Of a stretch of 64,000 bases of DNA, positions 47,049-61,537 are shown one piece after another. The position numbers and the translations under genes were made by a program. The DNA comes from Euprymna scolopes. Its lineage: Eukaryota. Every line of letters starts with the position of its first letter. Position 1 is the first letter of the stretch. The stretch lies in the NCBI GenBank assembly GCA_053919585.1, contig CM132800.1. One strand, 5' to 3'. The notes under the pieces were generated by a model. It was not told the origin of the DNA. It ran no database searches and was given only the letters and a program-made list of their open reading frames with translations.

Positions 47049-49636
47049 GTACGTTATTTAAGTATGCAACCTGGGTATGCTTCAGCTGATCTCTTTCTCT
47101 TTAGTATCATTTTTAGTAATGCATGCTGTTTCCTTTTAAATATCTTCTACTCGTATTTAACTGAGCTCATCACCTGTGGGTTTTCCTCTGCACTTGTAAT
47201 GCCATTTATGGCTTTCTGTGGGTATTATTGGCCATCCTCCATGGTAGCCCCCCCCCCTCTCTCCTCTATTATACTACTATTGCTGCTGCTGTATTCTGCA
47301 CTTTCTCAATGACTACAGAAGAAACTTTCTTCTGTCCTCTTCTTGGTTGATGGGTTCTCCAAACAAATGTCTTTTCATGTAAACTTTCCACGCTATCTTG
47401 TCATTATCTTCCTACTTTTTATTTTTGTCTTTTCCATAATTTTTGTGCAAATTGTTTTCGGCCTTTGCTTAGTGAATCTAGAATTCACTTGATTTTCCAA
47501 AGTAAAGCAGGAATACAAAGTTTTCAAAGGGACATGTTAAAATTTTATATGCAGTTATGTCATAAGAGTTAAATGAAAATATTTTAAATCTCCAAAATGT
47601 TCCTGAAGCTATTTTCGCGTGAATTTCGAAGAAATATTGACTTGAATACTCATCTTCAATAGGGCAGGTTGATTTGCAGCTTTTTTTTTTTTTTCTTCAG
47701 AAAATCAACATGGCACTGGTGATAATAGCTGGGATTTGATAAGAATACCAAAAATTAGATTCCTATCTTGAACAGAAAATTGAGCATTTTTAAAAATCGT
47801 GTAGAAAAATGCTGAGAAATCCTCCATTTTCATAGCATTTTACACAACACTGACTTTGAAATTTCACTTTTTATAAAAAATCCAATTAAAATTGATATAT
47901 TTATATGAAATACATTGAAAGAAAAATAAATACATGAATTATAATTTTAATTATGAATCACAACTAGCAAAATATCTTAACTTTTATTGCATTCATTAAA
48001 CAAATTGTAAAAAAAAAAAACAAAAGCTAATTAACAACTAAGTCTTTTAAACTCCACAACTAAAAGATATGTTGATGTATTACACAATGACAACTTTTAT
48101 TTTAATTTTTTTTATTAAATGCAATAATATAAACTGTTATAATAGAACTAAATTGTTCTGTATAATTTCCTTTTGAGGAAAATGATCTAATTTGCTAGCA
48201 CGATGGCTTTGTAATAATGTATCTATCTTGCTTCCTGTCCATATACAACTTTTTGAGAAAAATCAAATTTGATGAATGTGTAGCTGCAAAATTGATAGCA
48301 ATCTTTTTCAGTCTTTTATTTTAAGTTTCTCACTATTTCTGGAAAAAAAAACAATTTGAAAACACCTTTTTTTTATATTTTGGATTTAATATGAATAAAA
48401 CTGACTGTTTGGGTAAATTGAGAAAACTAAAATTTAATGGATCTCGCTTGAATTCCCTCATCTCTCACATCCAATTCATCTGAGTTTATTACGGATATTA
48501 TATTTTCCGGAAGTAGTACAAAAGCATTATTTTTTTACTGTTTAAAACAGTAATTTGGATTTCGGTTAACTTTTGTTCTCTGAATAATTAAAATATACTA
48601 TTGTTGGTTAAAAAAAAATTGTCTGTTTGGATCTCAAACCATCTGCACTCTTGGATGGTAAATTTGACCAGAATGTTTAATTTATCATAGTGTTTGAGAA
48701 TAAACACCTCCATAGACACACCATAAACACATTAACCTTGTGGCTTATGTTAGCCATCTTGCTTGATTCAAGGGCCAAATTTTCTAAGCTTCATATCTTA
48801 GGTTAACTTCTCGAAATGTCAACAGCATACTCAAAAAGTAACCTCTGGTCTTCACACTTAAATTGTTTCTTCTGCTGTCAGATAATGATCGGGAGAGACT
48901 AATTTTTTTAGAATTCTATTTGAGGCAAATCTTGATAATTATTGATACAGTTTCCCCCAAAGGACCAGTAAATGTTGTTAGGCTTTTTGTTGTTCCATCA
49001 ATTAATTTAAAAATTGCTGTAAATGGCAGTTCTTCTAGTGGAACCTGACAATTGCAAAATTTGCATATTTAATAATAGAGCCAGATTACATAATAAATAC
49101 CAATATATTTTATTTTCCACAAAAAAGAACATAATTGCAGTTGAATCTATAGAATTAATTTTACCTCCTTGTTAGGACAAGTGCAGACTGCCTTTTTGAC
49201 AATTTTCTGTCTTGCACTTTACTGCAAAGTCATCACATCTCAAGACAGGAAATTTACAGCTACAAGAAAATATATCAAACAATCTGTCTAGCAGTTCCTT
49301 CATTCTTTTCACTTTGAATGCTGCAAGAGATTTCCTGTCAATCTGTTTGGCCCTATTATAGCCTTAACAAGGGAAATTGTGGATTAACTACTTGCCAAAT
49401 ACTAATTCCTTAGCAATTAACTTAGAAATCTCACTATTTTTTAAGTAGGGATAACTGTTTTCAAGGAAATAACTAAACTGGATGACTTATGAAGTGAGGG
49501 TGCTGATCATCCAAACGACAAAGTGGACCAGCAAATTTTGTGAACCACTTGTTAAAACTGAACGTTTTTTTCTTAATATAAAACTGGAGTATTACCATAT
49601 TTTAATAAAAATTTTAAATGGAATGGATGTGAAATA

Positions 49637-49709
49637 TTAGGTTGGTGCAAAAATGTTTTTGACGTTCATTTGAACGTCAAAAAATGGCATTATTTTTGCA
49701 CCAACCTAA
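49637..49709. mobile_element. 73-bp MADE1-like mariner MITE
   Basis: TA|TTAGGTTGGTGCAAAAAT...ATTTTTGCACCAACCTAA|TA. Confidence 0.92.
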
Positions 49710-52211
49710 TAGAAAAACAAATTAAAAAAGATAAAACCTGTTTAAATTCACTGCAGACACTTGAAATATATATTTTAAACAAGTCTTTTTTGTTTTTCTT
49801 TCGAAATAAGCCTAAATCGTAATGTTTTCAAATTAAATAATAAACAAATGTTAATTTTCAATATCAATAATGAGCGTGTTTTGCAACTGAAATCTAAAAT
49901 GTTTCCGCCCAAAAAAAGTTCCTGAAATGAAAAAGCGAACTTTGTTCGTTATTATTTAAAAAAAACATAATTTTGCCTTTACACTTAATATTTATTTTAA
50001 TTCATTATCCTCACTCGTTTTATTCAAAAATGTAGTTTAAAACATTCTAAATAATTCCATTTTAACATTACGGTTTGTTTTGATGACTGGACGTTCTTGA
50101 CAATTCACCGAAAAACTTCTAATAGCTTTAATTTTTCAACTTTTAAAGTCATTTCCTCAAGCAAAGAATGATTTTGAAAAAAATATTTCGTGTAGGCCTC
50201 TTCTATGTCAAACCCCAACTATCACCATTGCCTCACCGGGATTCCAAAATCAACCTGCCCTAATGTTCAATTCCTCTGCACATTATCAGCATATGCATTT
50301 TATGAAAAGATGGAGAAATCGCCTCTTCACCTAATTTGTATCTAATCTACATTAGAAAGTTTTGTTCACATTTGGTTAAAATAAAAACGCAAAATAGAAC
50401 TATTTGGTAAAGCTATTCTGGTTACACAAGCTTTAAACTGTTTAATTTTTCCTACTTTTTAAATTTACTTTTTTGAGAAATATATTTCTAATTTATAAAA
50501 ATGTTTCAACTCTAATGTATCCTCATAAAGGCTTTTTAAAATCTAGAATTTAATTCTAAATACTTTATATCTATAATTCCTTTTTGCATTTTAATTATTG
50601 GTTTTAATCTTCAATATTGCTCTTTACTATATCAATCATAAAATTTTTTTTTTTTACCCTCCCCTTTGCCACTTAAGTTTTAATAGAAAATCAACCAAAC
50701 AAATCTTTGTCTCGGCACTTACAGCGTGTTTCACAAAATTGTACATTTCATCCCCATCTCAAAATGACAATATTAACAAAAATGCCTCAAATACATATTC
50801 TCACAAAAATGGTAGTGAACACTTTCACTCTTCATCCATTAAATCCTCTCACTCTCCCCACATCACTTGGTGGGTATAATAATTTCTACGATTTTTTTAA
50901 GCATATAAAAACAATAACTGCAGAGCTTCAGGGAGAAGGGGCCTACATTCATTGAAGATTCCTTTCATTTCCCTTTTAAAACAATTGCCTTACATTTAAT
51001 TTACAGTTCAATATCAATTGCAACTGCCGTAATAAAAAGTACATTTAAGTTGTATTTATCTTATGGGACCAAAATTGAATCTCTTTACATTATGTTCAAC
51101 ATAATTTTATAAGTAATATTGCAGAAAGCTTCTTGCTCTCACCTGGGTTAGTTTTTAGCATCCCAAATTTTATCTGAAACAAATTCATGAGCCGGAAGAT
51201 TTCCAGTTTTGGTTAGAAGTAAATCAAATACGTGTTAAAATCAGGAAAAGTTTATATTTTATATAATTTATTTTGCGTATTCACTCGGGTTGATTGATTT
51301 TAAGATTAGCCATGAAATCTCTTGACTTAATCTTTCCTAAGCAAGACTACCACATGAGCAGTTAGTGTATTATAATTTGATATTTGCTGTGCATTTGTTC
51401 TAGTAATTCTTTAAAATATTTTCTCTAAAGACTAACTGAAGTTGATCAATTTAGAGCAAATTTGCATATGGGTTTATTAGACCAAACTTGAAAGCTTTTG
51501 ATTCTTAATTTTCAATCTTGATGTAAAAGATTTGTAGAAAGTTTTAAGATGGCATTTGCTTTTAGAGGGCAAATATGAATGTAGGAATTAAATAACTCTA
51601 TGCATTATGAGAACCAACTTGGTGTTTAAATTTTTTTTTTCATTTAAACAAAACCTTTATAAATGGCAGAAGATGCTCTCACCGAATCCATATTTTAATG
51701 TCACAGGACTAAAATCTTTAATTTAGCAACTCCAGATCAATTAATTTGCAGCAACACATATCCGGAGCTATTGCAACAATCAACTCCTCAATTTTCATTA
51801 AACTTGACTAGCTTTTGCTTTAGTGAAGAAAACTAAAACATAACTAAGAAAAAATTTTCTAGAAATGCAAGAACCCATTCTTAATTACAAGGAAAACATC
51901 CATATATATTCCTTAATGATACGTCATGGGAGCTATTTAGACGCTAGTGTTGCATGTGATATTTGTCCAGGCTATATTTAAAAAAAAATTCATTTACTTA
52001 TGACTAAAAGTTTAGTTGTCCACAGCAGGCAAAAAATATGAATTTGATAAATAAAATGGCTCTACAGAAAAAAAAATAATTCTGGAATTTACACTAGACA
52101 AACTAGTAATTTCCGAGTCAAAGAAAATGTAATTTAAATCTCTGAAACCTTCCTGGTATTTAGTTTGAAAAGCTTGTCAATGTTTACTAATTTTTCTTGC
52201 TTTTGATACCA

Positions 52212-52248
<37 letters not shown>

Positions 52249-54431
52249 ATGATTAGTATTTAGTTCTGTTGTAATATTTTGGAACCAATCCATTCTAAAG
52301 TGATTTGTGTCTAATCCTATGCATGTTTGTCTTTTGTAGTGACATTGTGTGAAATAACTGTTTTTATACAATTTGTATTTTGAACTGGTTTTCAGATTTA
52401 TTTAGAAAATTCCATGATTCTGTGATCTGCATTTTAAAAACGAGCAAAAAAAAAAAAAAAAAATACTATTAATATACATGAGCGAGCTGTGATTATGAAG
52501 TCTTTGAATGAGAACCAGTGATGCAGATATTTTTACTTGGTTAGTTTAGTTTTTTTGTTTTTTGCATGACTGATTTTGTTGAACAAAATCAGTCATGCCA
52601 AAAACAAATTAAAATGCTAAAAAGTATTAAAAATAAGGTATCACATAGTAAAACAGAATATACAGGTCACACTTAAGATATTACTATGGATGTACTTGTG
52701 CCATACACTAATCTTTGATAACTTATATAAATTTGCAAGAGCAAAGTAATTAATTTAACAAATCACCTTCAGAAAAACAATCTAACCTACCAAAAGAACA
52801 CATTGCCCTCGCCATACACAATTCTCTGACTGTAGTAATGACTATGCTTTCATTTGGACTCTGAGTTGCACGAGCACAAGAATCCTGACTAACGCGAGAG
52901 TAAGCAAAGGTACATCATGGTCAATTTCCAAACCCCAGAACTAACATTGTTTACATTTACACAACTGAATTACAAGACACCACTGTTGTAATTGTGTGCT
53001 TGTTTTGTATTATGAAATTCAGGTTAACAGAAAATCAACACCACTTTTCCTTGAAGCACTTGGATTTGGAATTCCCTTCCTGTTTCTCCAATCTTACTGA
53101 AATGCACAGATTTAAATCATGTGAACATCTTGGTAACCAGCTCTTCACCCAGATTGCCCTGTTGCCCTTAAATCTGGCACCTATCCTTTTTTTTTTTTTT
53201 TTTTTTCCTCATTAATCATATGCTTTTGGGTGAAATAAGAGGTGCTAAAAATGATCACACAATGGAAAATGCAGAAGTTTTGCAGATTCATCTAATTGAG
53301 AGTAAACTTGCACAGTGAAATATTGGAATGGTGTTGCTCACTAGCAGTTGTGGCCGACATTTGTGAAAGAAGCAAATAAACTGGCAGTACAAAAAATAAG
53401 ACTATACAATAACTGAAAATAACATTGGGGAAACAATGTTCCCAAATAACATAAATGCTACCCAATCAGATGAGATAGTATTAAGCAGTTTAAATTGGGC
53501 ATAAACATCTAATGGACTCAAAGTTGCACTTGTGCCTCTTCAGTAATCAATTAAAAATTTTCTCAGAATATAGAAAAACATAGCAAGCAATATTATGTAA
53601 AATCTTATCATGCTGTTCAGAAACTTTCAAATCATATACTATCTAAAAAAATATAGTTTCCATCTAATACAAATGAATGACTTCAGGATTTAAATTTTAT
53701 AGAGTAGAATTATGGATTATATACATGTATAGTATATATTGTTTTTAATGCTAATATGTAGTTAAAGCAAAAATTGTTTAGGACTTAAAATTTTTAATAC
53801 TGTTGATGTTTACTCATTTATGCTTATGCTTAAATTTATCCTTTGAAACCTGACTCCTATCATAAACTTGACATCAAAGCTATAATTGTTTTAAGATAAT
53901 ACCTTCAGTTTTATACATAATAAAGTTAAAATAGGTCAGTTGGTAGAACGTCAGGCTGAAAAAATTTTTTTTTTGTCATTGCATCTGCTCTATTTGTTGG
54001 GAATTATTTGACTATTAATACAATATTTTCCATTTCTAAAATTAGATAAGATCTCTATTTAAAAACGAGAAATTTCATAATGTATTAAAAAAAAGTTTAT
54101 AAACACTCCTTATATAATATAGTGTATGGCACAAAATGACTGGATTGGTGTGCTCTGAAATAAAATTTCTATAAACAAATAAATTTTGAAGTAACTTTAT
54201 ATCAAAATTGCACTCAACCAGTTAAGAAAATTGATGCACGCACGCACATAGTTTATTGCCTTCTTTTAAAATCCCCCCCCCCCACCTCTCTGAGATCAAC
54301 AGAATTAATAAAATTCACAATCAAATATTTCAATCTATGCCTTGTCCTCAGCTTCAATTTTGAATTGTGAAACATTGTTTTAGTCATTTAATAAGCATTA
54401 TTCAAAATGTGCAAAATTGTCAACTCTTGGC

Positions 54432-54469
<38 letters not shown>

Positions 54470-56294
54470 TGATGCTCTGCTTTAGTTCAAAAATAGTTTA
54501 AAGGTGGTTTTGGTAGATATCTTTTAAAATCACTTCAGATAAGTCTGGGGGCTTAATATTCAGTGCATGTGAGACCAATTTAGTCTCACATGCACTGAAT
54601 AGATCAACATATCCCTGACAATAACTGGCAATAAAATACTTTTTTTTTTTTACTAGGGAAAAACTGAAGATTTGTGACATCCTGTTAAAAATTTTCTAGT
54701 TCCAGAACTTCGGTTTTCTAAGGAATTACTTAGAAAATTTAATGTTAATGCTTTTAATTTTATATTATGAAACTTGGAAGATATGTTTTTTTTTTAACGA
54801 AATGTTTATTTCACTAAAATGCCTGGCGTGCATGGTTGTAAATAAAATTTGAAAACGCTTTTCCATATAAACCCATTCAAAATTGAGGTGAAAGTGCAGG
54901 GGGGGGAGCACCTGAAGATTTACCTTTTAAGAAGTGGATTTCTTTTTTTTATATATTCAACTGTTTACAGGTGTAATCGGGTCTGCTGCAAACAAATATC
55001 AGTTTCGTCACTGACAAGAATTATTTACAAACATAACACATTCACTAGTCCGTGGTTACTGGTATAGTTATGTCTGGCCACCATTTTTTTTTAAAAAACT
55101 TTCATGTATGATGAAGTGGGTATTCATTCGCAGAAGACTGCAGTTATTGTAGCAGCCCCCCCACCACCACTAACCTCCCCATGTTAAGAATGGCTTCTGG
55201 AACACCACTCCCCAACCTCCCCATGTTAAGAACGGCAAGTTTTTCCAAAAGAAATCCTTTTTTTCCTTGTTAAAAAAAAGATGGCAGCCATTGCACAAAC
55301 GCTATCATAGAAAGTATTGGATTTTTACGGTGTTACTAATGTACGTTATTCTTGTCAGAGAATTTAAACTGATATCAACTTAAGGATAAATCTTCGGGTG
55401 GTCCCCCAGTGCACTTTCATCTTAATTGAAGTTTATATACTAAATGATACATGCTAAAATTTTAATACATATTTTACTTAAAAAAAAATAAATAAAAAAT
55501 CAAAAAATAATCACAATTAGTGTTTGGGATAATAAAAGTTAATTGTATACAAAAATGACATGTTTGAAAATAGTACTGATTTTAATTTTTAACTGATTTG
55601 TGGAAGATCTTGTGTATTGGGGTTTCTCATGAAATATTGACCAGTTGGTAAGATTCCTGAATGTCAGAAATTACAATTGGATAGTTTAGGGTTTTTTTTG
55701 TTTTTTTTTGTCAATGGAAGGTTTGGAGTTAACTTAACAAAACACAAGATGTTTGGATTTTGTCAACATATTTGATCAAAATCAACTCATTTAAATGCAT
55801 GTAAATTTTTGACATTCAATCAAAACTAATAGGAAAATTAAAAATAATCAACAGGTTTCTTAATGACTCTCAAAGGTCTTAGGACCAACAGAACTATTAA
55901 AGATGTCTGCTTTGTGTAAAATATTTAGTCCATACCATCAAGTAATTTTCAATGTTAGACCTTTAAAATCAATGGAATGGGCTGAAGAAAGTGATATTGT
56001 TCTGGTTATCTTTGCTCAAACCTCTTGCATCTCTGCAACCTATTTGATGTCTTCGAACAAATTGTCAAAAAGACATTACAGAATAAATTCTTAACATGTA
56101 GAATAACTTGACAAACACGTGATTAAATATATGAACCATAATTTGATAGTTCTCCAGTTTTTAGATCAATTTAAAATTAGTTTTCTGCAGCATTGGATGT
56201 TAAATAGTTGATTTTATATTTTGTACTTTTATTTTTTTTTTAAATTTCATATTGTGATTTTATTTTAAAACCAAATTATACCATTTCATTTTAG

Positions 56295-56427
56295 ATTATG
56301 ACAGAGGCTACCAATCTTCTGGTCGCCCCCTTTACAACAACAGCTATAACTCTGGATCAAGAGGAGGCAGTAGCTATAACAGCTATGATAGACGTGGGGG
56401 ATCTACTTATCAGCGTTACAATGGCCG
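56295..56427 (+). CDS. DDX3: DDX3 exon (YDRGYQSSGR..RGGS..RYNGR), RGG/Y-rich disordered region
   Basis: 133 nt, phase 1-2, ttttag acceptor, CG|GTAAGT donor. Confidence 0.88.
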
Positions 56428-56789
56428 GTAAGTTATGTTTGTGAAGGGAATGTTATGAAACCTAAAATCTTCAAATTTCTGTAGATCTTAAATTTTTGTA
56501 GTTAATTTTAAGTCTTATAGTTTGTTTTTCAGCTACTTTTTAAACAAGTTAGTACGGAAGCTAGACCTTGAATGTTTGAGACTTAGTGTACATTTTTTCA
56601 TGTTAAACTAGGAAAAATTCATTTTATAGTAAAATTATTTCTCCTTTACACTATAACCAACATTTCAATTTTTCTTCTAATGCTAAAATTTGGCCTTTTA
56701 ATACCTTTAGATTACAAAATTAGTTTTTTCTGAAATTTTGCCACAAATTGTATTTCATTAAATAGATGTGCACAGTAAAAAAATTTTTT

Positions 56790-57480
56790 TTGCAAAAATT
56801 TCCATTATGTCCCCAGGGGCTCAAGAGGTCAAAAATGGCAAAAAATGACACATTTGCCCCATAACTTTTGATCCACCCATTAGATTTTTCTGAAATTTGG
56901 CCAAAGTGTGGAGCCCATTGTTAATATAAATCCAGTATGGGTGACCCTGATAAAATTCTGGTTCGTGCTCCCAGGGACTTTTAGTGCTAAAAAATGCCCC
57001 TTTCTGTGGCACTTTTTTTCATGTCTCAACAAAAACTTTGTCTGACCATGTAGTGGTTTTACACGGTGGTCAACTCAAATATGTTTTAAGGCCTGAAACT
57101 GCATCATTATCCACTTACACTAGGATTCGGCATCCCCAGAGGCTCAAGAGGTCAAGGACACATTTTGCCCCATAGCGTTTAATCTATCCATTAGATTTTC
57201 CTGAAACTTGGCCAAAATGTGGAGGCCATTGTTCTTAATATAAATTCAGTATGTGTGACCCTGGCAAAATTCTGATTTGCATCCCTTTGGGACTTTTAGG
57301 GCTTTAAAATAAATGCCTTTTTGAGCTTTTTTTAAGTTACTCAAAAACTTGATATGCATGTCTATATAGTGATTTTCCATGGTACTGAATTCAAATATAC
57401 GTCTTAAAGTGTGAAACTGCACTGTTTGTCCATTTTTACTTGGATTTGGCATTCCGAGGAGCTCAAAAGGGGTCACAAGA
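56790..57480. repeat. About 320-bp tandem repeat (two or more units) inside an unclassified repeat
   Basis: ggctcaagaggtcaa..ccattagatttt..ttggccaaa..gtgaccct recurs at about 56818 and 57140. Confidence 0.8.
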
Positions 57481-58095
57481 AAAGTTTACATCACAGAATT
57501 GAAGAAACGGGTGTTTCCAATGTTGATGATTCTTGCAAGGGAAAGTGTGTTGCTTGGGACGATTGAATTGCAATCATGCAAAGTGGTTGAAGTACCCAAA
57601 AGCATTGTAATTTCTTGGACGCTCAGGCACCATGATTGTGCCAAAAAAGAGCGAAAAAATGTGATAAGTTCAAATCAAATTACTCAATTTTTAACTGACA
57701 GAAGTAATTTGTTTTTTGGATTAACTTGACCTTCACATTAATCTTTTTTTTTTTTTTTTTACGTAAAAGTATATTTTATTTCGTAAAACATACCTCAATA
57801 TCTCAAAAGTATCCAGATTTATGCATTGTTAGCACTATAGCTACTTAGTTTTATTTAAACAGGACTAACCAAAATATATAGAATGTCAAACGAGTATGAA
57901 AACCCATTTAGATCAATTGTGGTGACCTTGGTGTCACCAAGTAATCTTTAACAAAATAAACATGGAAGATAAATTTATAAAGCTTGTACACATCCCCATC
58001 CTACCCAATTGAAATTATGCTCAAAATGTTGGATCTATACATAACTACAAATTCTCTTGTATCAGATCATTCACAATGGTTTAACTGTATACATT

Positions 58096-58281
58096 AAATG
58101 ACTGATAAGTAGGGCTAGGACAACAGCATATTTTCATTGTTTTGACTCAAGTTTATATCCGTTGCCATCTTATATGCTTTTATATAGCGATGTGGTTCTT
58201 GGTTGATTAACTGTCGGATATATACTGGAGTCAAAACAATGAAAAGAATATACTGTTATAGCCCTACTGATGAGTCATTAA
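58096..58281. mobile_element. Small palindromic MITE about 85 nt upstream of a DDX3 acceptor
   Basis: ttttcattgttttgactc..tatatccg is inverted to cggatata..gagtcaaaacaatgaaaa. Confidence 0.75.
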
Positions 58282-58367
58282 ACCAAAAGATTAGAATTTA
58301 ATTCAAGCAAATATTTTTGTTTAAATGCTATTTTTTTTAGTATATTTTGAAAATTTCTTTTATTCAG

Positions 58368-58649
58368 TGTTGGCAGTAATCAACCTAGTGATGGCCGTTG
58401 GAACAGGCCAGAGAGACAGAGCAGCTTGCCACCTCAACAGAGACCGTTTCCCAGTCGGTGGGACAACTTAGATGATGATAGAACAGCACCCCCACAGAGT
58501 GGTGGTGGTGGTGGTGGTAGTGGTGGTTCAACATGGGGCTCTAACAATCGCTGGGATAATAATCGCCAAGACTCGCGGTGGCGAAATGAAGATTATAATA
58601 AAAGAGAGGATTGGTCGGTACCTCTGCAAAGAAATGAAAGAATGGAGGT
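58368..58649 (+). CDS. DDX3: DDX3 exon ending DWSVPLQRNERME; the gene continues beyond the window
   Basis: 282 nt, phase 2-2, ttcag acceptor, GT|GTAAGT donor; matches DDX3 DWSKPLPPSERLE. Confidence 0.92.
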
Positions 58650-59284
58650 GTAAGTGTCTTTTTTTTTTCTTCCCCCCCCCCATCTTCACTTTCGGCTTAT
58701 GGAGTTAGCTCCCTATAAATCTATCAAGATGAAAAGTGTTGGGATTCTTCCAGGCAGTAGAAAATGTCCATGGACAAATCAGTCTTGTAGAAGGAAGGAT
58801 ACTGTTTTGGAAGGAATAGCTCATTATGCCACATTAACTCTAATAAAAGTTCATTTCAAATTATAAGAATCACATTACATCAATTAATAGCTCAACGAAT
58901 AAGGGTTGAAATTAATTTTGATTTGCATTTTTTTTTTTTGTCTGCACATTAAACTTGTACAAAAATAAAATTTTATTTGGAAGTGTTAGGACTGTATAAC
59001 CACGGCCACTTGAAATATAGAAGGCCTGTTAACTGAAAAATGCCTACAAGTGATGTAGGTAAGATTTGTCAAACAATCACTGTCGATACTATATGAGGCC
59101 ATTTTTAAAGATTTAAAACGTGTTAAAGAAAATAAAAGGAACCCAATTCGATTAATAATGAAACTGAACTTTATTCAATATAAAATATAAATATTATCTA
59201 TGTGAAATTACGTAATTTTAAAGCAATATAAAATCTAATAAAACTGAATTATCAATTTAGGGAACAAACATATTAAACACAAGC

Positions 59285-59655
59285 ATTTCTTGGCCCGAAG
59301 GCCAAGATCAAAGTGTAGTATCTGTTCCGGCAGATACTGCAATCAAAGACCATATGTGGGGTTGCTCCCACATATAAGACCTTGGTCAATGTAGGGGCAA
59401 CCCTTCATACCAATTGTCACTAGCCAGCTCTCCTTTCCCACCCATCAGGAGCTGGTCCCCTTTTCCCTCCCCCCTCCCTCTCTACATTTAAAAAATGGCC
59501 TTGTGCCTAATTTGCTCAGTGGGGAAGCAAATAGTCTGTTCTGATGCTACACTTGACCTTTTCTGTCCTCAGTCAGTGAAGAAATCTTTCATAACTGAGA
59601 TTATTTTTGTTCCTATCCAGAGTGCCCTTTATTGGGAAGCTGGATTTTGCCCACA
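59285..59655 (+). ncRNA. U2-snRNA-like variant or U2-derived element, interrupted by a 207-bp insertion
   Basis: TTCTTGGCCCGAAGGCCAAGATCAAAGTGTAGTATCTGTTC matches the U2 5' end; TCTGTTC at 59321-59327 and 59535-59541; ATTTTTG Sm-type site and 3' hairpin. Confidence 0.75.
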
Positions 59656-61537
59656 AGATTATGCTGGAATATTTAAGTAGCTATTACTTTAAATACAAAA
59701 ATTATATTAAAAATTTTGGTTTTCTGTTCTATATCCATTTCTCTCTCCCCCGCCCCCTGTTTTTTATCAATGTGTAGCGTATTTTCATCAGTTACATGGT
59801 TAGGAATCCTGTACTCCGCTATAGTCTTCATTTTCATATCCATGCAGAATACTTGAATAGGAAAATGAAGTTAACATAACTACTAAAAGACAATCATAAT
59901 GTGAACATTGGTTAAAAACTAAGAAAATATATTAAACATCTACGTTATTAGATCAGGGTGATAATGAATTTGGGAAGGGACATTATTTCACTCAATGAGA
60001 GTTGTCTCACAGGCCATCATCAGTGAATGAATGCTCACTGGCAGTAACCTGTGGTGTTCCCTGGAAACCAAGTGACAAGTCTCCCCAGATTTCCAGTGTT
60101 CTCCACCTCTTCACTTGTGCAGATGATTGAATGTTATAGCAACAGCCGGTGTCATTGATTTCTTGTTGGCATCAGCCATTGGTGTTTCCTGGGGTTTTGG
60201 GCGACAAAATGCCTCCCCAAGGTACCAGATTTAAACTGCACACTTCCAGTGGAGATCTGGTTAGTACTCTCCCACCTTGGTCTTTCCATCCTCTCTAACC
60301 CTTCATGACTAGTTGGTGTGGCACCATTCGATGTCATCTATACCAGTTTTTCTTTGTTTGTTTTTTTTATAAGGGTGCTTGTGTAGTGTATGCACATGTA
60401 TTTTAAATAGTATTTCCAAGTTAAATTCAGTTTTTATGCTATCTTTTTTAGGTTTGTTTTACTATACACTCAAAAAAGTTGTCAAAAAACAAATATTTAA
60501 CAAATGTGATCAAAGGCAAGATAAATGACTTTTCTACGTAACCGAATAAGTTTTTAGTGTTTTTATTTGATGTAAAATGTTTATCGATATATTTGAAAAG
60601 GACAAATGGCGGCGAGCTCGCTGTTGAATCCTTTAATTTTGGGGAAATGAGTTCAAACTTAAACTATACAAAATGGTAGGCTGACATATATTGAGTATTT
60701 TTCTATGTCATGGTAATCTACATTGAGTGAGTTTCTAACAGTATTTTGTGTAGTTTTTTAGTTGGAACTTATTTTCCCAAACTTAACATATTCAACAACT
60801 AGCTTGCTGCCATTTGTCTTTAAATATATCGATAAACACTGATTTTCGAACCTAATAAACCGTTTATATTAAATAAAAATGCTAAAAACATTCAGTTAGA
60901 TAGAAAAGTAATTTATCTTGCCTTTGATAACATTTTTTCTTTTTTTTTTTTTTTTTTCCATTAAATTGTTAAGTGAAAGTGCAGAATAGTTACAAAAAGT
61001 TAGTATATTATGTTGGATTCAAATTATCCCCATTTTCAGTTATAATAATTATCCAAATGGAGAATTTTTCTTTCTAAGAAAATACATGGACGTTTACCAC
61101 AGCCATATTTTTTATGCCTATTAGCATGACCACTTGGTTGAACACAGGAAACTTTAGGTACCCTTTACCTGCACGTCAATTTGGTAATGACGTCACACTG
61201 TCATGTTCACTGGCCTCCTCCCTCAGTAGCCATGATATAACCACGGCCACCGAGAGTAAGAAGGCCTGTTAACTGAAAAATGTCTGCAGGCAATGTAGGT
61301 AAGATTTGTCAGACTGTCAGTACTATATGAGGGCCATTTGAAAAAGAGCAATAAAACATTTTTTAAAAGAAAAAGGAACACAGTTCGATTAATACTTAAA
61401 CTGAACTTTATTCAATATAAAATATAAATATTATCTATGTAAAATTGAGTAATTTTAAAGCAATATACAATTTAATACTGATAAAACTGAATTATGAATT
61501 TAGGGAACAAACAATTAAAGAAACATTAAACAAATAT

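Noticed and set aside
58268-58290. CTGATGAG hammerhead core
   Set aside because: No stem II or GAAA follows; it is part of a MITE arm.
58647-58653. ORF 58426-58653 as a stand-alone gene, or a donor after 58647
   Set aside because: It is a DDX3 exon. The stop is intronic, and GTAAGT at 58650 gives the conserved phase-2 junction.
59285-59327. Canonical U2 snRNA gene
   Set aside because: Identity stops at about nt 46. Stem IIa and the stem IV loop are absent, and no PSE was recognised.
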